Sequence record: NZ_CP034394.1
Reading direction: 5' to 3' (one strand)
Origin: a plasmid
Length of the DNA stretch: 42,977 nucleotides
Under the pieces are notes generated by a model. It made no database searches, was not told where the DNA came from, and saw only the letters and a list, made by a program, of their open reading frames with translations. Below are positions 27,827 to 35,971 of this stretch, one piece after another. Position 1 is the first letter of the stretch. The number at the start of each line of letters is the position of its first letter. Both the position numbers and the translations under genes were made by a program.

Positions 27827-28896
27827 GCTGCTACCTGTACTGTGGCCAGAAGCGGTGCGTCTGCCTGGATCCGTCGGCGCGCCATTTCTGCGTATTGAGG
27901 GTTGAGCTCGATGCCGATGCAATGACGCTGCAACTGATCGGAGGCCAGGCCCGTGGTGCCGGCGCCAAAAAATGGATCGAGCACCACGCCGCCAGCTGGG
28001 CAGCCTGCCTTGATGCAGATCATCGGGATCTCGAGTGGGAAGGTGGCGAAGTGCGCTTCCTTGAAAGATTGCGTGGCAATGCTCCAGACGCTGCGCTTGT
28101 TTCGCACGCTGGGCATGATGGCCATAGCCTGGTCGAAACTGCCGTTGTTCTTGGTGCCGCTGCCAGCTTCCGCCAGCTTGCGCACGCGGCCGCGCTGGCG
28201 CTGTTCGGCGTCGGTACCGTGGCCCCAACCTACCCCGCGCCCTACCGCCTTCATCGGGCCATTGGTCTTGGCGCCGCCGTTGGCGCGCTCGCTACCAATC
28301 TGGTTTTGCACATCCTGAGACAGGCGGCTATGGGTATTCGGCGATACCGGCTCGGAGATTGCATCCTGGTCGAAGAAATACCGCTCGGACTTCGTAAGCA
28401 GGAAAATGTATTCGTGGGACTTGGTGCAGCGGTCGCGCACGCTCTCCGGCATCGGGTTGGGCTTGCTCCATACGATGTCTTGGCGCACCCACCATCCCGA
28501 GTCCTGCAAGGCGATGGCCAGCCGGTGCGGCATCATCATCAGGTCCTTTGGCTTGAGGCCGGACTGCGACTTACCATGAATAGGCATACCGTTTCCATGG
28601 GTAGCCTGTTTCGGCCAGCGCGCATCATCCCGGGCCCCGCCGCCACCATGGGAATAGCTGTCGCCCATGTTGATCCAGCAGGTTCCATCGGAACGCAGCA
28701 CACGGCGCACCTCTTCAAAGACCGCCACCAGCTTGGCAATGAACTCTGCCGGCGAGGCCTCCAATCCGATCTGTCCATCCACGCCGTAATCGCGCAGTGC
28801 CCAATATGGCGGAGAGGTAACCACGCAGTGAACCGACTCATCCGGCAAAGAACGAAGGATCTCGAGCGAATCACCGACGTGAATCGTCACTGTCAT
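27823..28896 (-). CDS. DNA methyltransferase of the N4-cytosine/N6-adenine beta-class (SPPY catalytic motif, C-terminal FxGxG AdoMet motif).
   Basis: Motifs VVTSPPYW and DPFFGAGTT. The order of motif IV before motif I indicates the beta class. Confidence 0.85.
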
Positions 28897-29372
28897 ACAG
28901 CCTCCCGTGCCTGGCCCAGCGCTTCCTTGATCTGGAAATCCTGGATCAGGTCGCGCGCGTAGCCCGCCGACATTTCGAGAGTGGCGGCGCGGATGTGCTT
29001 CAGCGAATCGCGCGCGGCGGCGGTCTGGTGGGCGTCGACGGGCATGCCATATTCCAGCGCCTTGCCCAGCTTGCGCAGGCCATCAAGGTGCAGGTCCAGG
29101 CCGAAGCGGATTTCGTGGATCTCGAATGCTTCCACCACACCGGCGATCGCGACGGAACTCTCGTACCAGTGGCCATCGTTGTGGTCACGGAAGACCGCCA
29201 CGCCCTTCTGCCCGGTCACGTCAATGGTCCCCTCCTGTTCCAGCTGGTCCAGGATCGAGGTCAGCGGATTCATCAAGGCCGCGACCTTCCATGGCTGCAG
29301 CTTCAGCTTGATGTTCTCGCCGGCCAGCCGCCCGGGCTTGTACGCCTTGGCGCGCTTCTTCTGGGCGGTCAT
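28893..29372 (-). CDS. Hypothetical protein, 159 aa.
   Basis: ATGA-coupled to neighbouring genes in the early-left operon. Confidence 0.45.
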   Translation of the reverse strand: MTAQKKRAKAYKPGRLAGENIKLKLQPWKVAALMNPLTSILDQLEQEGTIDVTGQKGVAVFRDHNDGHWYESSVAIAGVVEAFEIHEIRFGLDLHLDGLRKLGKALEYGMPVDAHQTAAARDSLKHIRAATLEMSAGYARDLIQDFQIKEALGQAREAV

Positions 29373-29710
29373 GCAGATACCTTGTCCTTCTCGCGCATCC
29401 GATCCTTCTCCAGATCGGCCTGCAGGAACTTGAAGGCGCCCAGCTTGTAGAAGCGCAGCTCTTCCTGGGTGCAGACGATGGAATCGGCGGAAACCACCTT
29501 CAGGTCCAGCGCGGCCAGCAGGAGGGCCAGATCATCGAGGTGTTCGGTTGCCATGCGGCTGACCGTGCTGCCATGCACACCAATGCAAGCAGCTGCACGG
29601 GCGCGCGTGACCTCGGAAAGGCGCTGCACCACCACCGCGGCGATCTGTGCAGCATTCGTGCGGGTGTTTTCCTGCACGTCGGACGACACTTTGTCTGCGG
29701 CGGTACTCAT
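29369..29710 (-). CDS. CII-like transcriptional regulator (HTH).
   Basis: HTH segment AAACIGVHGSTVSRM followed by LLLAALDLKVV, paralleling the lambda CII layout. It lies directly downstream of the cro-like gene. Confidence 0.5.
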   Translation of the reverse strand: MSTAADKVSSDVQENTRTNAAQIAAVVVQRLSEVTRARAAACIGVHGSTVSRMATEHLDDLALLLAALDLKVVSADSIVCTQEELRFYKLGAFKFLQADLEKDRMREKDKVSA

Positions 29711-29988
29711 TGATGGGCCTCGGCTTCAGTAGGAAGTTGACCAGTCGAACGGACGTACTGCCAATCGACCTCGGAGTTGAGCTCTTCGCACTTCACCTCG
29801 CCGTTCGAGATTTTCTCGATCTCGGGGCAGTGCTTCGGCGGAACCCGGCGGCCGTCCTCCTTCCACTGATCGACGGCCGCCCGGGTGACGCCCAGCTTCC
29901 GAGCCAGCGCGGAGACCGTTTTCAGGTCGGAGACGCGAATTGCTTTATCAATCGGGTGTTCCATGAAAAGTCCATTTGAGAGTGACAT
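29707..29988 (-). CDS. Cro-like HTH repressor (YdaS/Cro family). An alternative start exists at 29964 (MEHPIDK).
   Basis: Motif VSALARKLGVTRAAVDQW. It is divergent from the cI-like gene across the operator region. Confidence 0.6.
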   Translation of the reverse strand: MSLSNGLFMEHPIDKAIRVSDLKTVSALARKLGVTRAAVDQWKEDGRRVPPKHCPEIEKISNGEVKCEELNSEVDWQYVRSTGQLPTEAEAHQ

Positions 29989-29994
29989 CTACGC

Positions 29995-30060
29995 GAAGGA
30001 TAGAATATCTATCGTTACGACGCAAGAAAATCTAGCCATTAAAAAGATAGGTTTTCTTTA
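29995..30060. promoter_or_regulatory. Immunity-switch operator and promoter region between cro-like and cI-like. It contains the perfect inverted repeat GATAGA-ATA-TCTATC (29999-30013), a second inverted repeat AGAAAATCTAGC…GATAGGTTTTCT (30025-30057), and candidate -10 hexamers TAGAAT (plus strand) and TATTCT (minus strand).
   Basis: Read from the sequence. The same half-site recurs at 31035-31095. Confidence 0.55.
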
Positions 30061-30070
30061 CGATGTCGCA

Positions 30071-30439
30071 ATGGAAATACATGAGTGGGTGGCGTCGGCC
30101 AGGAAAAAGGCCAAGCTGACGCAGGATCAGATGGCGGACGCGCTGGGGGTGACGCGCGGGAATGTCTCTGCCTGGGAAAACAACAGGCATGAGCCGAGCC
30201 TGTCCCAACTGATGAAGATTGGGGCCATCTGCCACGCTGATATGTCGGCGCTGTTCGCCGGCACCTCGGTGGCCACTCCGATCAGCGTGAAGCAGGCGGC
30301 AGGCTGGCCGTTCAAGATCGACTATCAGCTGTATGCGACCCTGCCGGCTGACGAGAAGGAACGGTTGGACGACGACGTGACGCACTTCATTGAGCGCTGG
30401 CACGCAAGGAACCCGGCTAAAAGTGCGAAAACGGGATAA
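30071..30439 (+). CDS. CI-like repressor with an XRE-family HTH and no S24 peptidase domain. The start is trimmed to MEIHEWVASARKKAKLTQDQMADALGV.
   Basis: HTH_XRE motif. It lies divergent to cro. The upstream part of the track ORF overlaps cro. The possible -10 TACGAT at 30059-64 would make the transcript leaderless. Confidence 0.65.
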   Translation: MEIHEWVASARKKAKLTQDQMADALGVTRGNVSAWENNRHEPSLSQLMKIGAICHADMSALFAGTSVATPISVKQAAGWPFKIDYQLYATLPADEKERLDDDVTHFIERWHARNPAKSAKTG

Positions 30440-30563
30440 GCCACCGGACCTGGCGCTTCCGAGCGCAAAGATCTATGCTTTCCCTGTGCCGCCCAGAAGG
30501 ACTGGGCCGCCAGACCCTGAAACGGTCGTATGAATCAAATCAAATATAAGAAAAGGACATACC

Positions 30564-30971
30564 GTGAAGAAGACAGCAGTTTCCCTATTTCTCTGTGCCG
30601 CCGCCCTTCTCTCAGGCTGCGCGAGCACCGGCAATCAAGCGCTGGCCAGCGCCGACCAGGCGGCAATCGATCAGCACCTGGTGAAAGGCAAAACTACCAA
30701 GGCCGACGTCCTGGCTTATCTGGGCCCGGCCAATTCCGTGAGCACCAGCAGCGCGGCCGCAGGTGAAACCTGGGTCTACGTCTACGCCAGCTCGCAGGCC
30801 AAGGGCGCGACGTTCATCCCCGTGGTGGGCCTCTTCGCCGGCGGCGCCACCGGGAACTCCAAGGTGCTATCCGTCTCGTTCGACCAGCAAGGCGTCGTTT
30901 CCCGCTACAGCTTCTCGTCGTCCAACACCGATACCCGCCTGGGCGCGCCCAGCACCACCACAACGAACTGA
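30564..30971 (+). CDS. Outer-membrane lipoprotein of the BamE/SmpA_OmlA fold, with a signal peptide plus lipobox LLSGC. It is a candidate lysogenic-conversion or superinfection-exclusion moron.
   Basis: GTG start with an AAAAGGA SD. The motif …KADVLAYLGPANSVSTSS…GETWVYVY…VSFDQQGVVSRYSF matches the BamE-like pattern. A strong terminator follows the gene. Confidence 0.6.
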   Translation: MKKTAVSLFLCAAALLSGCASTGNQALASADQAAIDQHLVKGKTTKADVLAYLGPANSVSTSSAAAGETWVYVYASSQAKGATFIPVVGLFAGGATGNSKVLSVSFDQQGVVSRYSFSSSNTDTRLGAPSTTTTN

Positions 30972-30990
30972 CCCGCGTCAGTCCTCGAAG

Positions 30991-31014
30991 AAACCCGCTG
31001 TGGCGGGTTTTTTT
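30991..31014 (+). terminator. Rho-independent terminator (AAACCCGC-TGTG-GCGGGTTT followed by a T7 run) ending the cI-lipoprotein unit.
   Basis: Read from the sequence. Confidence 0.75.
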
Positions 31015-31034
31015 ACGTCCAGCGTTTCGCCGAC

Positions 31035-31097
31035 GATACAAAATCTATCTTTTTACCGATAGATTATCTTGCCTTTTGGCGATAGAGAATCTATCAT
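31035..31097. promoter_or_regulatory. Tripartite operator in front of the rightward early operon. The three sites are GATACA-AAA-TCTATC (31035-49), GATAGA-TTA-TCTTGC (31058-72) and GATAGA-GAA-TCTATC (31081-95). They are spaced about 23 bp apart and overlap a candidate promoter TTGCCT-17-TATCAT (31069-31097).
   Basis: Read from the sequence. The half-site is the same as in the cI/cro intergenic region. Confidence 0.55.
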
Positions 31098-31142
31098 CGC
31101 TCCAACGGTTCACCAAAAGAGCCGACCAAAACGGAGCCTGCG

Positions 31143-31433
31143 ATGTCCCAAACCCGCACCAATATCGACGTCACGCCCTGGCGTTTCGAGCGCATCAACC
31201 CTGATGACAAGAAATGGACCGCCTGCGAAATACTGGAAGGCGACCGTTTCGTCGCAACCCACGTATGCACTGAAGAAGATGCTGCGCGAATCGTCTGCGC
31301 AGCGAACACCCATGCCGATCTTGTGGCAGCCCTGCGGCTGGCCGTCGAAACCATCGAAACGCACCAAGCGTTCTGGTCCCGCGCTGACCTGGAGTCCATG
31401 AAGGCCGTCCTGGCCAAGGCCGGTGCAGCATGA
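31143..31433 (+). CDS. Hypothetical protein, the first gene of the rightward early operon.
   Basis: ACGGAG SD upstream of the ATG. Confidence 0.5.
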   Translation: MSQTRTNIDVTPWRFERINPDDKKWTACEILEGDRFVATHVCTEEDAARIVCAANTHADLVAALRLAVETIETHQAFWSRADLESMKAVLAKAGAA

Positions 31434-31561
31434 ACGGCGTCTCCCTCCTATTCCTCGCCCTGGTGTCGGTCTTCGCATTCAGCGAACTGCCGCGCATCCC
31501 CCGTCTGGTCTTCGTGGGCGTTTGCGTCCTGATGGCCGCTTACTTTGGAGTCCCAGCATGA
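31430..31561 (+). CDS. Predicted small hydrophobic membrane protein of about 43 aa (MNGVSLLFLALVSVFAFSELPRIPRLVFVGVCVLMAAYFGVPA). It is not in the ORF track because of its size.
   Basis: ATGA overlap with the upstream stop and a hydrophobic sequence. The coordinates carry about 2 nt of uncertainty. Confidence 0.3.
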   Translation: MNGVSLLFLALVSVFAFSELPRIPRLVFVGVCVLMAAYFGVPA

Positions 31562-31755
31562 GCCAACTGCATCTGATCGACTGGCGCGCCGGCCTGCGCC
31601 GGCAATCCTCCAACAACCGCCCGACCGTTTCGCGCCTGGAACGCCGCGCCAAGCGCTGGGCCATCCGCATCTGGCTGGTGCTGGTCCACCTGCTGGCCGT
31701 CGTCGGCGGGTTCTGCCTGCTGGCCCTGTTCGTCAAGAGCTGCGGGGTGCTGTGA
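31558..31755 (+). CDS. Small membrane protein, about 65 aa, with a C-terminal TM helix. It is the trimmed part of the track ORF 31423..31755.
   Basis: ATGA overlap coupling. The hydrophobic segment is WLVLVHLLAVVGGFCLLALF. Confidence 0.4.
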   Translation: MSQLHLIDWRAGLRRQSSNNRPTVSRLERRAKRWAIRIWLVLVHLLAVVGGFCLLALFVKSCGVL

Positions 31756-32027
31756 TGGCGATCGACAAAACCGGCGGTCCCGCCTTCCCTGGAGCCATTG
31801 CGGTCGGCCCGCATGGCGAGCCCGTCCCGGCCGCGTTCCACGGCGTGGCCGAGGGCATGACGCTGCGCGACTACTTCGCCACGCATGCGCCCATCGACTT
31901 GGCTTGGGCGAACGATATTTTCTATAAGCGCAACGGGCGCAATGCGGGCTGGCGCGAGACGCTGGAGATGCTGGCCGAACTGCGCGGTGCGTACGCTGAC
32001 CTCATGGTGAAGGAGCGCACGCAATGA
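31755..32027 (+). CDS. Hypothetical protein, about 90 aa. The start is trimmed to MAIDKTGGPAFPG.
   Basis: TGATG overlap with the upstream gene. The upstream part of the track ORF is GC-biased overlap. Confidence 0.45.
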   Translation: MAIDKTGGPAFPGAIAVGPHGEPVPAAFHGVAEGMTLRDYFATHAPIDLAWANDIFYKRNGRNAGWRETLEMLAELRGAYADLMVKERTQ

Positions 32028-32212
32028 AACGCTCCACCATCTATGCCTACGCGGGCGCCGCGCTGGTGATCGGCTTGATCCTGCTCATGACCGATGCTGA
32101 TCGCCGCGCCGAGGAAGCTGGCCTACTGCAGTTGAACCAGCGCCTGGTCAACAAATTCCCGACCGCCGAGCTGGCCCAGCTGGCCACGCCGGTGCAGGGA
32201 GACGAGCGATGA
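32024..32212 (+). CDS. Small membrane protein, 62 aa, with an N-terminal TM helix.
   Basis: ATGA overlap coupling. Hydrophobic segment YAYAGAALVIGLILLM. Confidence 0.45.
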   Translation: MKRSTIYAYAGAALVIGLILLMTDADRRAEEAGLLQLNQRLVNKFPTAELAQLATPVQGDER

Positions 32213-32448
32213 GAACGATCATCATCGAACTCGACGGCCCGCAGGGGGCATTCAACGTACGCGAGGGCGACAAGCACACCCTTGGCGTGACCTGGGATGA
32301 AATGCTGGGCATGGTTGCCGCCATGACCGTACCGCAGCGAGTGGTCGGCAGCGGCCCCTATGCACTGCGCACCGATGCGGAGTGGGAAGAGTGGCGCCAG
32401 GCGATCAAGAGCCGCGCGGAAGATGATGACTTCCGGGAGGTGCGATGA
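32209..32448 (+). CDS. Hypothetical protein, 79 aa.
   Basis: ATGA overlap coupling on both sides. Confidence 0.45.
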   Translation: MRTIIIELDGPQGAFNVREGDKHTLGVTWDEMLGMVAAMTVPQRVVGSGPYALRTDAEWEEWRQAIKSRAEDDDFREVR

Positions 32449-33245
32449 GCGAGATTCGCGTACGCGCCTCTTCATGGGGCTCCCTCTTCGACTGTGCCCA
32501 CCGTTGGGAGGGCGAACACATCCTGGGCATGCGCAAGGCGAGCGGCCTGCGCGCGCAGCTGGGAACCGCTATCCATGCCGGTACGGCTGCCTTCGACCAG
32601 GCCAACCTGGACGGCGCGCCGATCAGCATCGACGATGCGGCCGGCGTGTTCGTCGAGACGCTGCACAACCCTGAGCAGGAAGTCGACTACAACCAGGACG
32701 ACCTGAAGCCGCGCGATGGCGAGGCCATCGGCCTGAAGCTTTTGGCCCGCTACTGCTCGCAGATCGCACCGCACATGGATTACCAGTCCGTCGAAATGGC
32801 TTTGAAGCCGTTTGTGATCGATTGTGGTAACGGCATCCTCATTCGCTTGACCGGCACCATGGACCGGTCCCGTGTCGCACGCGTGGACGGTCGCAAGATC
32901 ATCCCCGACATCAAGACCGGTGCTCGTGTGATCGCCAATGGCGTGGTCAGTATCCAGGGCCGCGCTGCCCAGATCGGCACCTATCAGCTCATGTCAGAGA
33001 ACACGGATGGCGAACCCACGGACGGTGGCCAGATTATCGGCCTGCAGACCACGGCCTCGGCCAACGTCGGCGTGTCGCGCATCTTCGACGCTAAGCGCGT
33101 CATGGTCGGTACCGAGACCCAGAAGGGCCTGATTGAGTATGCCGCCGTGATGTTCAAGACCGGCCTTTTCCCTCCCAATCCGCAATCCCAGCTGTGCAGC
33201 CCGAAATACTGCGCCCGCTGGGGTTCCTGCATGTACCACGAATGA
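32445..33245 (+). CDS. PD-(D/E)XK nuclease of the Cas4/RecB-like type with a four-Cys Fe-S motif. It is the probable exonuclease partner of RecT.
   Basis: N-terminal C (FDCAHRW) plus C-terminal CSPKYCARWGSC. A (D/E)xK-like IPDIKTG motif. It lies immediately upstream of recT. Confidence 0.6.
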   Translation: MSEIRVRASSWGSLFDCAHRWEGEHILGMRKASGLRAQLGTAIHAGTAAFDQANLDGAPISIDDAAGVFVETLHNPEQEVDYNQDDLKPRDGEAIGLKLLARYCSQIAPHMDYQSVEMALKPFVIDCGNGILIRLTGTMDRSRVARVDGRKIIPDIKTGARVIANGVVSIQGRAAQIGTYQLMSENTDGEPTDGGQIIGLQTTASANVGVSRIFDAKRVMVGTETQKGLIEYAAVMFKTGLFPPNPQSQLCSPKYCARWGSCMYHE

Positions 33246-33264
33246 CCACCCACCTGGAGAAACC

Positions 33265-34560
33265 ATGTCTCAAATCAACACGCTCGCCGATGTGAAACAA
33301 GGCGCCATGAGAAAGTCACCTGCCGAAGTGCAGGCGATGCGTCCCAAGGACCAGATCGCCTACTTCCTTGAACAAAAGAAAGGCGACATCGCCAAGATGC
33401 TGCCTGCGCACCTGAACCCGGAGCGCTTGATGAAAGTCGCGCAGATCGCGGCCACCACCACGCCGGCGCTGCTGAATTGCGACGTCCCCTCGCTGGTCGG
33501 CGCCATCGGCCAATGCGCGCAGATGGGCCTGGAACCGAACACCGTTCTAGGCCATGCCTACCTGGTCCCATTTAACACAAAGCGCAAGGACGCCAATGGG
33601 AATGAGCGCTGGGTCAACTCGGTGCAGGTCATCATCGGCTACAAGGGCCTCATCGATCTGGCCCGCCGCTCCGGCCAGATCGTCAGCATCGCGGCGCACG
33701 AAGTCTGCGAGCGCGACAAGTTCGAGCTGGTCTACGGGCTCGATGAGAAGCTGAATCACACGCCGTCGCTGGGCGAACGCGGCGCCGTCATCGGCTTCTA
33801 CGCTGTCGCCAAGCTGAAGGATGGCGGCCACTGCTGCGAGTTCATGAGCTTGCATCAGGTGCAAGAAATCATGCGCGGTACGAAGAGCAAGGGCGGCTAC
33901 GGCCCGTGGAAGGACAACTTCGTGGAAATGGGCCGCAAGACGGTAATCCGCCGCCTGGCCAAGTACCTGCCGCTCTCGATCGAATTCCAGCAGGCCGCCG
34001 CGCTCGACGGCATGGCCGAGGTCGGCCGCGATCAAGGCATGGGCACTATCGATGCAGATTTCCTGCTTCTGCCCGACGACGCCCCCGCCGTCGATCCGGA
34101 CACAGGCGAGGTGACCGGCCAGTTGTCGGCATCCGCTTCTGTGTCGACGCCGCAAGGCACCGGCCAGCGCGATCCCGCTGAATTTGATGACCAGGGCAAA
34201 CAGAACTCCCCCGCAAGTCCCCAGCAGGAAACTGGGGCAGCCCAAACCGGCACGGCAGCCGGGCCTGCTGGTGAGACCAGCCAGCAGGCAGCCCAGGGCC
34301 CGCAGCAGGGCGCCCCTGGCCAGGACCAGCAGGATGACGGTCTCTCCTACGCCAAGGTGCGCGACTCCCTCGAAAAGGCCAAGGACGGCGACGTGCTCGA
34401 CGTGGCCGCTGACCTGATCGGCCAGGTGCGTGACCCGAGCCAGCAGGAAGAGCTGCGCGCCTTCTACCGCGAACGCAAGGAAGCGCTTACCAATCCGCCG
34501 GCAGCCGCCGGCACCACCACCCGCGCAGCCAATCCGCGCCCCACCTTCACCGCTGAATAA
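33265..34560 (+). CDS. recT: RecT-family single-strand annealing protein with a long Gln/Ala/Gly/Pro-rich C-terminal tail.
   Basis: RecT core sequence (…GHAYLVPFNTKRKDANGNE…VIIGYKGLIDLARRSG…). Confidence 0.85.
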   Translation: MSQINTLADVKQGAMRKSPAEVQAMRPKDQIAYFLEQKKGDIAKMLPAHLNPERLMKVAQIAATTTPALLNCDVPSLVGAIGQCAQMGLEPNTVLGHAYLVPFNTKRKDANGNERWVNSVQVIIGYKGLIDLARRSGQIVSIAAHEVCERDKFELVYGLDEKLNHTPSLGERGAVIGFYAVAKLKDGGHCCEFMSLHQVQEIMRGTKSKGGYGPWKDNFVEMGRKTVIRRLAKYLPLSIEFQQAAALDGMAEVGRDQGMGTIDADFLLLPDDAPAVDPDTGEVTGQLSASASVSTPQGTGQRDPAEFDDQGKQNSPASPQQETGAAQTGTAAGPAGETSQQAAQGPQQGAPGQDQQDDGLSYAKVRDSLEKAKDGDVLDVAADLIGQVRDPSQQEELRAFYRERKEALTNPPAAAGTTTRAANPRPTFTAE

Positions 34561-34574
34561 GGATAAGCACCACC

Positions 34575-35195
34575 ATGCGCACCGCACTCTTCTACGACGA
34601 CGAATCCACCGGCTTCCCGCTCTTCAAGGAACCTTCCGAGGACCCGCGCCAGCCGCACATCTTCCAGATCGCCGCCGAGCTGGTCGATCTGGACACCCGC
34701 CGCACCATCGCCAGCATGAATCAGTTGATCAAGCCAGCCGGCTGGGTCATCCCGCCCGATGTTGAGGCCCTGACCGGCGTCAGCACCGAGCGCGCGGCGA
34801 TGTTTGGCCACGACGCCAAGGACGTTCTGGCGATGTTCTTCAAGATGTGGAGCATGGCGACCGAGTTCCGTGTGGCACACAACGAACAGTTCGACGCGCG
34901 CTTGGTGCGCATCGCCATCCTTCGCCACTACCAGGACAACGCCTTTGCCGACCAATGGAAGGCCGGGGCGGCGTTCTGCACTTGCACGGCCGCCACGCCC
35001 ATCGTCAACCTGCCGCCCAGCGAGAAGATGAAGGCCGCCGGCCGCAACAATCCGAAGCAGCCGAAGCTCTCCGAAGCCTACGAATTCTTCACCGGCCAGC
35101 CCCTGCGGAACGCACACGACGCGGGGGCGGACGTCGCCGCCTGCCGCCTCATCTACTTCGCGCTGCTGGATCACCTGACCAAGGCCGCGACCTGA
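34575..35195 (+). CDS. DnaQ-like 3'-5' exonuclease (DEDDh, Pol III epsilon family).
   Basis: Exo I motif FYDDESTG, Exo II motif VAHNEQFDARLV, Exo III motif NAHDAGADVAAC. Confidence 0.8.
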   Translation: MRTALFYDDESTGFPLFKEPSEDPRQPHIFQIAAELVDLDTRRTIASMNQLIKPAGWVIPPDVEALTGVSTERAAMFGHDAKDVLAMFFKMWSMATEFRVAHNEQFDARLVRIAILRHYQDNAFADQWKAGAAFCTCTAATPIVNLPPSEKMKAAGRNNPKQPKLSEAYEFFTGQPLRNAHDAGADVAACRLIYFALLDHLTKAAT

Positions 35196-35230
35196 GCGTC
35201 CACCATCACCCCGCAACTACGGAGAAACGA

Positions 35231-35914
35231 ATGTTCCAGCTCGAAACCCACATGGTAAAGATCATCAGCGTGGATCTGCGCACCGAAATCGAGGAAGGTA
35301 AGGACCCGGTCGGCGCATGCGATATCAGCATCACTACCGATGTCGCAAACGATGTGCTCAACGAATTCGCCACCGGCCTGAAGGAATCCTTCTACGTCGT
35401 GGCCGACACACCGCAACAGGACCTCATCGCCTCGGAAACCTATCTGCCCAAGCCGAAGTTCCCCGGGTTCGCCCGCTTCCCTTGGAAGGCAGATCTGGAG
35501 GGCTACACCTTCGTGGTGCATATCGGCACTGGCGGTCCCTCGGAAGTCACGATGCTGGACGTCAAGGTCAACAAGATCACGTTCAAGATCAAGGACAAGG
35601 CCATCGTGGAAATGTGCTTCATCATCCGCGGTCACGACAATCCCGGCGATATCGACAAGCTGCGCAAGCTGCTGGGCCTTGAGGTGCAGATCAGCCTGGT
35701 CCCTCCTGACAAGGCCAAGCAGCATCAGATCGAGCAAGGCAAAAAGAATCAGCGCTTGGCTCTGGAGGATCACTTCAGCGGCGGTGAGCAAACCAGCGGC
35801 ACAGGCGACGCAGACGCCGAGCACGATGCAGCCGAAGGCGGCCAGGCCGCAGACGATCCGGACTCCAGCGAGGTGGAAAAAGCCGCTGGCCAGGGCCAGT
35901 ACCAAGTCGAATAA
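35231..35914 (+). CDS. Hypothetical protein, about 227 aa, with an acidic C-terminus. The start is trimmed to MFQLETHMVKII with a GGAGA SD.
   Basis: SD at correct spacing. The upstream part of the track ORF is GC-biased overlap with the exonuclease gene. Confidence 0.5.
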   Translation: MFQLETHMVKIISVDLRTEIEEGKDPVGACDISITTDVANDVLNEFATGLKESFYVVADTPQQDLIASETYLPKPKFPGFARFPWKADLEGYTFVVHIGTGGPSEVTMLDVKVNKITFKIKDKAIVEMCFIIRGHDNPGDIDKLRKLLGLEVQISLVPPDKAKQHQIEQGKKNQRLALEDHFSGGEQTSGTGDADAEHDAAEGGQAADDPDSSEVEKAAGQGQYQVE

Positions 35915-35971
35915 CAACCGGGATGGCCGCCGCGTGCGGCCCCACCCGCCCCAATCCAAGGAAACACTGCG

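Noticed and set aside
30440-30563. A small hairpin (GCGCT-TCCG-AGCGC) and a BglII-like AGATCT palindrome between cI and the lipoprotein gene, considered as a terminator or operator.
   Set aside because: No U-tract follows the hairpin and the GATAGA half-site is not present. This is more likely ordinary leader or promoter sequence.
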